Shown here: positions 1 through 11,808 of the stretch, piece after piece
Layout of the letters: the number at the start of each line of letters is the position of its first letter
Numbering within the stretch: the first letter of the stretch is position 1
Program-made: the position numbers and the translations under genes
Assembly: GCF_018977255.1 (NCBI RefSeq)
Contig: NW_024704742.1
Location: 91,266,001 to 91,330,000 of the forward strand
DNA length: 64,000 nt
Direction of reading: 5' to 3'
From: Callorhinchus milii
Lineage: Eukaryota
The notes under the pieces: generated by a model
What the model was told of the DNA's origin: nothing
The model's input: only the letters and a program-made list of their open reading frames with translations
Database searches by the model: none

Positions 1-1723
1 CTGATTGCATGACTTAGAGCCACGTACATTTTTGGCAGGTTTCATATAAACATTTGAGCATTTTGCTGCTCTAACTTTCATTGCTGATTAGTTATTCTTG
101 CAAGAATACACATCTTCAGCAGAACAACTCCCTTTCAAATGGTTTTGGGAGCCACACAGACACAGCATTAATCGGGATGGTCATATTGCATGAAAGATAT
201 GTTTTGCAGTTTTTCTATCTATAATGCAATCAATGTTGTTCATAGTGAAACTGCCTCCACTGCAGAATCTTCCTCATATTTCAAATACAAGCACCTTGTG
301 CAGACCAGTTCATCAATAGGAAAAATCACCAGGATAAGGTTGATTTAATGGGTTTTCTATCCTTAGGTTAGGAAAACACTAAATAACTCTTCTATGATGC
401 ATTTTTCCTGGCCTGTTAAATAATCATTTTTCCACACGATGTCCACTTTGACTATGAGCTCATGTGTGAGCTCATGAAAATGCACCATTTTCTGATATGG
501 AGACAAGAGCTCTACCAACTGAGCCAGGCTGATACCTAAAAATGAAAGGAACAAAAACAGGCTGGGTTGCTTGGTACGTGGAGGACACTTCCCTCGATAA
601 ATGAGAAAATCTCTACAAAATGGGCAATCTCATTTTATATTCTCTCTCATTATCAACCTTTATATTCTAAGCAGGTTAATTAACTTCAATGGTTGGTGAG
701 GTAAATGGTGTGTACAGGAAGGAATTGCGTGAATAGAGATGTTTTCAAGCAGAAGTAATGTTTATAGGAAAATGGTCTGGATGTAATTATTGCGCAGAGG
801 GAGCAAAGCTTTTGGCACAAAACATAAATGCAGCAAATGGGACTGATATGTAAGCAGACTTTAGTGATGGGAACATAAGGAAGATAATGAACTCAAGGGT
901 CACTCAGTCAAGTATTGATGGACATCCTTCAAAAACACTCTGCAGATCATGCAGGACAAGAGCATAGCCAAATGAAGCAGAGGCAAATTAAACAAACATT
1001 CAGCAATGGATCCAGATGAAAATTAATAAACAGATTAAGACAAAGTTTGAAAGAAGATCAGATCACCCTGCTAACTTCAGCACAATGCCTGGGCTGAAGA
1101 TCTCCGTGCTCGTGGAGAATATAATTTTGAGAACATCATCTATGAGCATAAAATAAAATCATCTCAGCTGGTGACCTGTAAAGCCGCATTCATGTGCTGC
1201 CTCTGGACTTGTTAACATTTATCCTTTCCCACTCTAGCTCGACCTGATCAGATAATAGCCAAACCACCACGAAAGAAACAAAAATGGCTGACATGCAGGG
1301 CATCAGGACAGCAATGAAGTTTCATCAGGCGCACAGGAGTCGACTCTGGCAGTGACATGATGACTCAGTAGTTGGTAATTTTGGCTTCCTGCACACTAAC
1401 TGGCATTTTGAAGCACCGATGTTGGCAGCCTCTTTCTGCATGCACGTGCAGTAACAATGACAATGGACGAGTAACACAGCAATCACACCGCATTATAGCG
1501 CTGGTTGCAAATCTGTGGACCCCAATTACTGCATTATACTTTTCCATCAATTATAGGATTATATGAATATTGAAAAGGGATTTTCATTAATCCATTTATT
1601 CTTTAGCCCATAATGTCTAATTTACACATTACTCAAAATACAAAACTGATTATTTCAATTCAACGAAGACAATAAAAAAAGAAGCAAATATAATTAAGAC
1701 TACATCCTAATAAAGAGAACTTA

Positions 1724-1843
<120 letters not shown>

Positions 1844-3654
1844 TCAAGTTTCTTCACTAAAGCATCAATTCGTTCGTTTGTTAGTATTCAGAGTTTTAAA
1901 AAATTCTTTCATGATTATAAAATTGAATTCTGTTGTTTAGACAACTACAACTTGCATTTTACATCACCCTTCATGCGGGTAGTGTCATTGAACGCTCAAC
2001 AGTGGCATGGCTTGATGATGAGCCAGAGGGGGAGAGGAGTTGTCCCAAGGTACAGTTGAAGAGGAAAGTCTTCAGGTGTGATTTAAAGACCAGCAAAGAG
2101 GGGGCAAGAAGGAGTTCCAGAGATTCGGGACAAAGTGGCTAAAAGCACGGCTCCCAATTGTAGAGCAGTGGGGTCGAGAACTTGCAGAAGACCCCAAGGT
2201 GCCAGGTCATGAAGCGATTTGAAAGTGAGAGTAAGGATCTTGAAATCCATCCGATCTGCCAGGGGAACCTGGCAAGAATTTGGGTGATAAGGGTGAACAG
2301 CCTGGAATGGATGAGGATACGAATGGCAGAGTTTCGAATGATTTGGACCTTACTAATGGTTGAGCTAGGGAAACAGGTGAGGAGTGCATTGGAAAAAAAT
2401 CGAGATGGGAGGTGAATGAAAGTTTCAGCAACATTTGAAGATAAGAGTGAAGGCAACTGATGTGTCGGAGGTGGAGGAAGGCAGTCCTGGTTAGGGACTG
2501 GATGTGGAGTACGAAGGAACTGGGAAGTGCAACTGATTCAAGGTTACATATAGGTTTGGTGAGTCTGAGGGATAGGTAAGTCAGTCTAAGGAATCAGGTT
2601 AAGGGTTAAGTTATGATACAGGCAATATCAGTGTGAAAATATTCACTACACAAAATACAATTTAAAAATATTGTATTAGAAGAGGACAACACATTAAAAC
2701 TCACTAATGTTGTTATACTGCCAATTCCATGTCAGAAATACATTGATAATGACATTAATCTAACAGCGAGTAAGAGGATATATGCCACAAAAATTGAAGT
2801 ACCCTTAATGCACTTCTTGTCAGACTATCTGAAACCATTCGTATTGTTGGCTTTAACATAACATCTGCAATTGATACAATCTGAATTAATTCAGTACAAT
2901 CTAGTTAGAAACAAGACTCTGAACCTCCCACTTGCACCCTACCATGAGCTGGTTAGACTTGCACTGATAACTAAACGCTTGTGTCAGCCTGATAGTTGGA
3001 ACAGATCAGGTGCACCACATAGTCAGGAGCAAAATGACTGGAGGCAGTATCCCTCTTCACCAAGGAGGATCTTCAATCCAGAATTTACAACCAGCATAAA
3101 ATAAATGGGAAGTAAAACAAACCCACAAAGTTGATTTCAGTTACAAAATCGTTTAGGCTAAAATCACCAAGCAGTAATGCTAGATTTCAGACAATGAACC
3201 AAGCACACCACCATGGGTTGAAAGAAACATGTCTGCAGTGTGGCCCTCTTATAGTGCCAGAAGAGAACAATTACATATTGTCATCCAACCAAAAACAGAA
3301 AGAGTCAGATGTACTTGGCTGCCAATTCACACAAATATAACGTGTGCCATGTGTAAACACTGAAATTACAGGTAATTCTTAACTGTGTAATTAACAACAA
3401 ACAAAAAAAGGTTTTGTTAATTTGATTAGTTAATAATCATAATTAAGGCCACCTAAAATTTCACGCTACATGCCCAAGGCAGCAAATAAATTGCTATAGG
3501 TGAGGTACTGAAAGGTAACAGTAAAAGCACGAGAAAATAAAAGAGCAAAATGCCTCCACATGAATTTAACAGATGATACATGACCCTAAATAACACCCCT
3601 GCCATCTAAAATGTAAATTAAAAACCAAATGCATATGTCAGAGATATTAATTAC

Positions 3655-3801
3655 CTCAAGCTCTGATTTTAATCGTTCCTCTCGCTCAGTGCTGAACTGA
3701 AGTTCATTCGCTTGTCGTCGCAATGCCTCAGCGTTACTGTTCCGATCAACTTCAAGTTCCTTTAATCTTTTCTGCAGCTCAATAAATGTTTGTTGTTGTT
3801 C
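3655..3801 (-). CDS. CCDC171: CCDC171 coding exon (147 nt, phase 0/0): EQQQTFIELQKRLKELEVDRNSNAEALRRQANELQFSTEREERLKSELE
   Basis: ttgaaag|GAA acceptor and GAG|gtaatt donor. Open coiled-coil peptide resembling the recalled human [23 protein letters not shown]. Confidence 0.92.
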
Positions 3802-3919
3802 CTTTCAAAATATAAATCCAACTATTTAAATAGGAATTATAAGCAACTGCACAGTAATTTCTCTCCAATCATCATCATGGATTATTACTAAAAATAATAA
3901 TCCGTACATTTGGTAATAA

Positions 3920-4280
3920 ATAATAATAACCCTTGCATTTGATATAGCGCTTTATCACGTCTCCGAGACGTCTCAAAGCTCTTCGCAGAATATACTGTAA
4001 AGTGGATTAACTGTATATTTTGTGGACGAAATACAGCAGCCAATTGCGCACAACAATGTCCCACAAACAGTCGTAGATTGAGTGACAAAATTACCATTAT
4101 TTTTCTGTTTTTTGAAGGGATTATGACCCCGGAAAAACAATCGGCAAATCAACTAACAACCGGGTTCCTACTCACTGCTAGGTAAACAGGGGAATGTGGA
4201 ATAAGGAAACTTGCGCAATGTTTTGCCTTGTCCAGGAATCGAATTGCTTGCGATGCGAATGTTCTAACCACTAAGCTACA
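3920..4280 (-). mobile_element. Intermediate-age SINE carrying an extra GTTTACCTAGCAGTRAGTAGGAACCCGG segment (others at 8103-8384 + 11946-12010, 41886-42233, 56876-57332, 58294-58627)
   Basis: Same head and tail as the young family, plus a ~60-bp internal segment; more diverged. Confidence 0.82.
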
Positions 4281-4342
4281 AGATGACACCATTCACATTA
4301 GGAGAATGTCTCAAAGGATCTCACAGGATTCAGCAACAATGC

Positions 4343-4785
4343 GTCAGCCTGGCTCAGCTGATAGCGCTCTCGTCTCTGAGTCAGAAAGTTGTGGGCTCGA
4401 GCCCTACTTCGGTACTTGGAATCTGTTAGTCCAGGCTGATATTCCAATGCAGGGCGCGTGCTGTGCTACATTGTCGATGGTGCCATTCTTTGGATGAGAA
4501 GCTAAACCGAGGTCCCACCTGCCTGTACTGATCCCTTTAAAGGGATCATTAGATATTAAAGATCTCATGGTACGATTCAAAAAACAGTTTCTCTTTGCCC
4601 TGGCCAACAGTCCCCAAAATAGAATTAGGCATGCATTTCATGGCTGTTTTTGGGACATTGCTGTGTGCAAGTTGACTGATGTGTTCACCCACAAAATACA
4701 GTTACATCACTTCACAGTATATCCTGTGAAGATGTCTCAATAATGTGAATAAGGCTCTATATCAAATGCAAAGATTATTATTATA
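4343..4785 (+). mobile_element. Old full-Deu-domain SINE (SacSINE1/AmnSINE-like; others at ~35000-35362, 43865-44300, 46570-46990, 54890-55285, 61635-62010, 63570-64000)
   Basis: Head GGCTCAG..TCTGAGTCAGAAAGTTGTGGGCTCGAGCCC, central GGATGAGA..TAAACCGAGG and the Deu-like core. Family name assigned from memory of the consensus. Confidence 0.75.
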
Positions 4786-6194
4786 TACTGTAAAGTGTAG
4801 TAACTATGCATTTCATACGTGAATGATGATGACATTGGTGCAGTGGGACTCACTTAGATCATTTTCAAAATTAATATATGGAGAATAACATCCTTGAATT
4901 CGTCCTTTAACCTTCCACCAACTGCATCGTAACATGCCAACTTCAACTGAATACACATTTCCACAAACCAATCTACAAACATATTAAAATACCTCTGCTA
5001 AACCATGCCAGGTACGAATATTCATCTTTTCAGTATTTTATGTCCGCACCGCTTATTTTGCATTTATCCACATTAAGCACTATTAGCCCAACTGCTGAAC
5101 CTCACTTTATACATACATTTTGTTTTATGTAAAATGGGGTCAAAGTCTGAACATTAGGAATCCCTATTAGTGACTCAGCCACAGCTCGTATAATGCTCAC
5201 GTATAATGGCTCCAGTTTCTTACCATTAGTTTCAATTCAATGTGTTAAATGTCCCTTAATTTCAAGAACCCTCAATTCACTAACAGTTTTTATTCTAAAA
5301 GGTACTTCATTAAATGTCTTGGGAAAAAAAATGCATTAAACCGATCTACTAGGAGCTGGATTCTTCCCATCCGGTTCCTGCAAGACGAATCCTTAATGGG
5401 TAGAATAGTCCAAGCTGAACAAGCATCAGGAAGCTTGCCAATCTGTGTCATGACAAGTTGTGTGATTTTAGCTATTTAATGTTTAATAGTACACCAATGC
5501 ACACTCTTACCAAGCTGCACCTAAATTCTCCAGGATTAGGCAAACAAGGTGAAACAAAATACATCAGGAAAATTTTTAAAAAAGGACAGGAAAAAAANTA
5601 GCATCCAAGAAACAACTGCTGAGTTTAGACAACTATAGTCACCTTCCTTCCACAAAATAAAACTATCATACTTTGCTGCTAAGATACTGGAACTATTTTT
5701 AAAATATTGAATTAAAAAGCATAGTGTTAGATACAATTCTCAAGGAGCAGGTAACGAGGTGAAATTCACCCAAGCTTTCCTCTTGGAGGATATTTCACAC
5801 TCTTCTATTCTTTGGACTGTTGTTCACCAAATAGCCAGAAGGGGTCATACTGTGTACATTAACTATCTGTATTTACTTCTTCCACCGGGTGATCAAAACT
5901 TCTTCCTATTCTAGCTCACACAATGCCTCAAATTTAACTTCTTCATTTATATTTGTAGGATCCTTAACTTCCCACGCACTAAACTCTGTAAGACCATCAT
6001 CCCAATCCTCGCCAGTCCCCACTGGTTCCCTGAACAGATCACTACATTTCAGGTGATGCTAAAATACGATACAGAAACACACACTGATGAATTCAGCAAG
6101 TACTGAAAGGAAAATATGTAAAAATGCAGCTACATCAAAGTTAACCACACAACAAAAGCGGCTCACACAAAATGGAGTAAGGTAGAAAAATGGC

Positions 6195-6575
6195 AAAATA
6201 CTGCAGATGCTGGAAATCAGAAATAAAAACACAAGTCGCTGGGAACACTGAGCAGGTCAGGCGGCATCTATGGTGAGAGAGTGAGTTAACGCTTCAGGTC
6301 AATGACCTTGCGTCAGAACTTTTTTTGGGAGCGGGTGGGTCCTGCTGTGCAGCGGAAAGCCTCCTGGCCAAAAAAGTTGGCTTGGAGCCAAGACGGCGAA
6401 GAAGAAGAGCTCAGCATCATGTGAAGCTCAAAATTGATGAGGTAAGTGGGTGAAGCCTTTCGTTTCAGGTCATGGACATGAAACGTTAACCCACTTTCCT
6501 CAAATTTTGCTCTCTCCATAGATGCTGCTTGAACTGCTGACCTGAGCATTCCCAGCGACTCCTGTTTTTATTTTG
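6195..6575. mobile_element. Penelope-like element remnant with inverted terminal arms
   Basis: Arm ~6220-6305 (AATAAAAACACAAGTCGCTGGGAA..AGCAGGTCAGGCGGCATCTATGG..GTTAACG) is the inverted copy of ~6465-6575 (CGTTAAC..CCATAGATGCTGCTTGAACTGCTGA..TTCCCAGCGACTCCTGTTTTTATT). Confidence 0.7.
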
Positions 6576-7058
6576 AAGCAACGTGGAGGTGGCCTTGCCC
6601 ATAAGCAGGTTTTAACAGGTTAGGTTTTCTGACGGGAAGAGATAAGTGGGTAGGGGGGAGATGGAGGGGTACAGGAAAGGAGTTCCAGAGGTTAGGGATG
6701 TAGGAACTGAAAGCTCAGCATCAATGGTGTTCCAGTGAGGGCTGGAAACATGCAGCAAGCTTGAGGTTGTTAAGCGGAGGAGAAGACCAGTGAGATTACA
6801 AGCTACCAGGATGTGGATGAATATGTGGGTAAAGACGAGAACCTTGAAAATCAATCCAATAGACAATATAAAGTACTAAGTGGAAAGAATTATAATATTT
6901 TGTTATTGCAAAAACAATAGAATTTAAACATTAAGAAAGAATGATTGAGAAACAGTTCCTGTGAACCATACCCAACCATAACCAAAATAAGCATGAAAAA
7001 AAATCAGGAAAGGAATGCACATCATAATTGCAAAGAAACATGAGACATTGTTTGGTAC

Positions 7059-7249
7059 CTGCAAGACAGCATCAATTTGATCTCTCTCAACGACGAGCAA
7101 CTCATTTTCAGCATTGTAATTGTGAATAATTTTCTCTCGATCCTCCAGTTCTATTTGAGACCTAATCTGATCATCTTCCCGAGCTTGCTTGGAAATGTAT
7201 AGGGCGTTCTCCAAATCCTCTCCTCTCTGCTTAAGGGCTGTATTTTGCT
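7059..7249 (-). CDS. CCDC171: CCDC171 coding exon (191 nt, phase 1/0): (E)QNTALKQRGEDLENALYISKQAREDDQIRSQIELEDREKIIHNYNAENELLVVERDQIDAVLQ
   Basis: aaacag|AG acceptor and CAG|gtacca donor. Overlaps ORF 6924..7214; phases fit both neighbouring exons. Confidence 0.88.
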
Positions 7250-7304
7250 CTGTTTATTTCAGCAAAAGACAGCAGTTCGTAAAATGATGTACAAGTAACT
7301 TCTT

Positions 7305-7878
7305 CACATTACCTGCCTCCAATCGAACCTTACCCCAAATGCAGCCGAAACCCTCGTACATGCCTCGGTGTCACCTCCTGCTTGGAATACTCCAACACAC
7401 TCCTCGCCTGTCTCCCCAGCTCCACCATTCAAAAGATCCAGCTCATTCAAAACTCTGCTGCTCCGCATACTGACCCAGACCAAACTTCGTATCCACATCT
7501 CATCAGTTCTGGCCGGGCTCCACTGGCTCCCCATCACCTTAAAGATCAACTTCAAGATCCTCACACTTGTGTTCAAATCCATTCATTCCCTGTCACCTCC
7601 CTACCTCTCCGACCTCCTCATTCCCCAATCCACCACCCGGAGCCTCCGCTCAACTGGCACCGGCCTCCTGCTTGTCACTCGCACCCTCCCACCCCACCAT
7701 TGAAGGTCGTGCTTTCAGCCACTACGCCCCAAAACTCTGGAACACTCTCCCTCTTCAACCATGCATACAGCCACCTCCCCTCTCCCCCCGGCTCAGAGTC
7801 AGACTCCGCCACTGTTAAGTGCTCTGAGATGCTACCCTGCCTTGAGAGCGCCATATAAGTGCAAGTTGTTATTGCTGT
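7305..7878 (+). mobile_element. L2-clade LINE 3' fragment
   Basis: [37 protein letters not shown] and RAFSHYAPKLWNTLP; GTT-type tail. Confidence 0.9.
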
Positions 7879-9107
7879 CACAAAATTAGCTATTCTACTG
7901 TTTTAATCTGCATGGCTGCAAATTTCAAGACACTGAGAAATGTTTCAGGTATACTGCAATAGTCCAGAAGACAAACTTGTTAAGAGACTACAAAAGCCTT
8001 CAATGTTGAAGTAGTTGAAGAAACTACATTTGAAATAATGTACATAATTTCCATTCTTATCCTTAAATTATCTCTGGGACGCTACCCTGGGTGAAGGCCG
8101 CCATAATAATAAATAATAAAAATTCTTGCATTTGATATAGCACCTTATCACGTCTTCTAGACGTCTAAAGAGCTTCACAGAATATACTGTAAAGTGAATT
8201 GACTGTATATATTTTGAGTGGCAAAACGCGGCAGCCAATTGCGCACAAGAGTGTCCCACAGAGTAGTGGATTGACCAAATTATTATTTTTTTTTGAAGGG
8301 ATTATTAATCCCAGAAAAGCAATCCGCCAATCGACCCACAACCAGTTTCCTACTTACTGCTAGGTAAAGAGAGGCATGTGGAATACATAAGAACATAAGA
8401 AATAGAAGCAGCAGTAGGCCATTCGGCCCCTCGAGCCTGCCTTGCCATTTAATAAGATCATGGTTGATCTAACCTAATTCCATTTACCCGCACTATTCCC
8501 ATATCCCTTAATCCCTTTAGTTTTTAAAAATCTATCAATCTCAGTCTTGAATATGTTCAAGGACTGAGCATCCACAGTATTCTGGGGTAGAGAATTCCAT
8601 AAATTCACTACCCTCTGAGTGAAGAAATGTTTTCTCAACTCAGTTCGAAAAGGCTGACCTTTAATCCTGAGACGATGACTCCTAGTTATAGATTCTCCTA
8701 CCAGGGAAAACAGTCTCACACGATCTACCCTGTCAAGACCCTTAAGAATCTTATAGGTTTCTATAAGATCACCTCTAATTCTTCTATATTCTAGAGAATA
8801 TAGGCCTAGTTTATTCAACCTCTCTTTGTAGGTCAACCCTCTCATCCCAGGAACCAACCTAGTGAACCTACGTTGCACCCCCTCTAAGGCGAGTATAGCC
8901 TTTCTTAGATAAGGAGACCAAAACTGCACACAATATTCCAGTTGCTGTCTCACCAAACCCCTATACAATTGCAGCAAGACTTCTCTACTCTTCTACTCTA
9001 ACCCCTTTGCAATAAACGTTAACATGCTATTAGTCTTTCTAATTGTTTGCTGTACCTGCATACTAACTTTCTGTGATTCATGTACAAGGACACCTAAATC
9101 CCTCTGA

Positions 9108-9283
9108 ATACAACAACAACTTGGATTTATATAGCGCCCTCCACGCTGGACGCCGTCTCAGAGCACTTCACAGTAACAGATCCCGGGGCCGAGCCAGGGG
9201 GAGGGGGAGGAAGGTGACCAAAGGCGCGGTCGAAAAGAAAGGTCTTCAGCCGAGACCTGAAAATAGGAAGGGAGGGGGCGATT
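9108..9283 (-). mobile_element. Short L2 3' end inserted inside the CR1
   Basis: Close reverse complement of 43680-43850, with a (CAA)n tail at 9111-9120. Confidence 0.88.
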
Positions 9284-11477
9284 ACTAATGCTATCAAGTC
9301 TCTCCCCCTCTAAAAAATAATCTGCTTTTCTATTTTTTCTACCTAGGTGAATAACTTCGCACTTCCCCACGTTATACTCCATCTGCCACCTTCTTGCCCA
9401 CTCACTTGACCTGTCTACATCCCTTTGCATCCACCTTGTGTCTTCCTCACAGCCTACTTTCCCACCTAGCTTTATATCGCCCGCGAATTTAGATGCATTA
9501 AGCTCTATTTCCTCATCTAAGTCATTGATGTAGACTATAAACAGTTGAGGCCCAAGCACTGATCCTTGTGGCACTTTACTAGTCACAAGCTGCCAATCTG
9601 AGAAGGACCTACTCTCTGTTTTCTGCCTGTTAACCACTTTTCGATCCACGCTATACTACCCTTAATTCCATGAGCCCTAATCGTATGTAACAACCTTTTG
9701 TGTGGCACCTTGTCAAATGCCTTCTGAAAATCCAAATACACTATATCCACTGGTTCTCCCCTATCTAACCTGTTAGTTACATCCTCAAAAAATTCTAAAA
9801 GATTTGTTAAACACGATTTCCCTTTCGTAAAGCCATGTTGACTCTGCCTAATCATGTTATGACTTTCTAAGTGCCCCACGACGACGTCCCTAATTATAGA
9901 CTCTAGAACCACCGATGTCAGGCTAAGTGGTCTATAGTACCCCATTTTTTCTCTCCCACCCGTCTTAAATAGCAGCATTATGTTTGCGACTTTCCAATCA
10001 ACGGGAACCGTTCCAGAATCCAGGGATTTTGGAAGATCAAAAACAATGCATCCACTATCTCTGCAGCCACATCTTTTAAAACCCTAGGATGGAAGCCATC
10101 AGGTCCAGGGGATTTATCAGTTTTTAGTCCCATCAATTTCTATAGTACTATTACTTTACTGATATTAATTTCTTTAAGTTCTTCACTAACATTAGTCTCT
10201 TGGTTCCCCACTATTTCTGGTAAGTTTTAGTATCTTCTAAGACAGAAGCAAAGTATTTGTTTAGTGACTCTGCCATTTCTTTATTCCCCATTATAATTTC
10301 TCTTGTCTGCCTGTAAGGGACCCACATTTACTTTTGTTAATCTCTTCCTCTTTATATACTTGTAAAAGCTTTTACAATCTGTCTTTATATCTCTAGTTAC
10401 TTTACTCTCATATTCCATTTCCTCCCTCTTAATCAGTTTCTTGGTTATCCTTTGCTGATCTCTAAAGCCCTCCTGATCCTCAGGCGTACAGCTCTTTTTG
10501 GCAATATTATTGCCCTCTTCTTTTAATTTTATACTTTCCTTAACTTCTCTAGTTAGCCATGGTTGAACCACTTTCCCGAGGATTTTTTATTTCTCAAGGG
10601 AATATGCATTCGCTGGGAATTATCTAATATATCTTTGAACATCTGCCATTGCTTGACTACCGTCATATTTATTAATCTACTTTCCCAGTCTATTTTAGCC
10701 AAATTATCCCTCATACCTGTAAAGTTGGCTTTATTTAAGTTTAAGACCCTTGTTTCAAACTTAACTACATCACTCTCAAACTTAATATTAAATTCCATCA
10801 TATTATGGTCACTCTGCCCTAGAGCCTTAACTTCCAGATTGCTGATTAGCCCTCTTCATTACACAAAACAAGATCTAGGATCGCCTGTTCCCTGGTTAGT
10901 TCCTCAGCAAACTGTTCTAGAAAACTCTAATGCATTCCATAAACTCATCCTCTAATTTACTTTTGCCAATTTGGTTTTCCCAGTCTATATGAAGATTAAA
11001 ATCACCCACTGTTATTCTATTCCCCTTGTTACATGCTCCACTAATATCCTAATTAATACTCTGCTCAATACTGTAACTGCTGTTTGGGGGTCTATTAACT
11101 ACTCACACTGGTGTTTTCTGCCCCTTGTTGTTTCTTAGCTACACCCGTATTGATTCTACATCCTGATTTTCTGACTTAAGATCCTTCCTCTCTACTGTTT
11201 TTATTTCATCCTTTATTAACAGGGCTACCTCACCCCCTCGTTTTCCATATTGCCTATCTTTCCTATATGTCAGGTACCCTGGAATGTTTAGCACCCAACT
11301 TTAGTCTCTCTATAACCACGTCTCATTAATGGCTACTAGATCGTACCCGTTTATCTCTATTTGTGCCATTAATTCATCGATCTTGTTACGAATGCTTCGT
11401 GCATTCAGGTATAGCGCCTTAATTTTAACTGTTTACGGTTTCCCCTACTCATTAATGCCCTGTTTTCTTTGTTAAAC

Positions 11478-11808
11478 TGGAGTCCTGTAGCTCAGTGGTT
11501 AGAGCACTCGCTTTGCAAGTGAGAGACCGGAGTTCAATTCCAGGCAGAGGGCGAAACCTTGGGCAAGTTTCCTTACTCCACACAGAGCCTAATAATAATC
11601 CCTCCAAAACCCAAAACAATAATAAATTGGTCATTTTCAATCTACGACTGTTTGTGGGACATTGCTGTGCGCAATTGGCTGCCGCGTTTGCCCACAAATA
11701 TACAGTCAATTCACTTTACAGTGTGTTCTGTGAAGCGCTTTGGGACGTCCTCCCGACGTGAAAAGCGCTATATCAAATGCAAGGATTATTATTATATTAT
11801 ATTATTAT
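11478..11808 (+). mobile_element. Young full-length tRNA(Ala-like)-headed SINE with a partial Deu-like domain and L2-type tail, inserted in the CR1
   Basis: A box TAGCTCAGTGG, TTTGCAA anticodon-loop-like stretch, B box GTTCAATTCC, Deu-like TGTTTGTGGGACATTGCTGTGCGCAATTGGCTGCCGCGTTT and (ATT)n tail. Near-identical to 51545-51866 and 57962-58293. Confidence 0.92.

Noticed and set aside
860..1525. Possible decayed DNA-transposon or coding remnant
   Set aside because: No TIR, TSD, motif or splice-consistent frame could be established by eye.
11478..11552. tRNA-Ala-like sequence (also near 13288, 51795-51866, 58222-58293)
   Set aside because: These are SINE heads. The acceptor stem does not pair and each runs into the SINE body.
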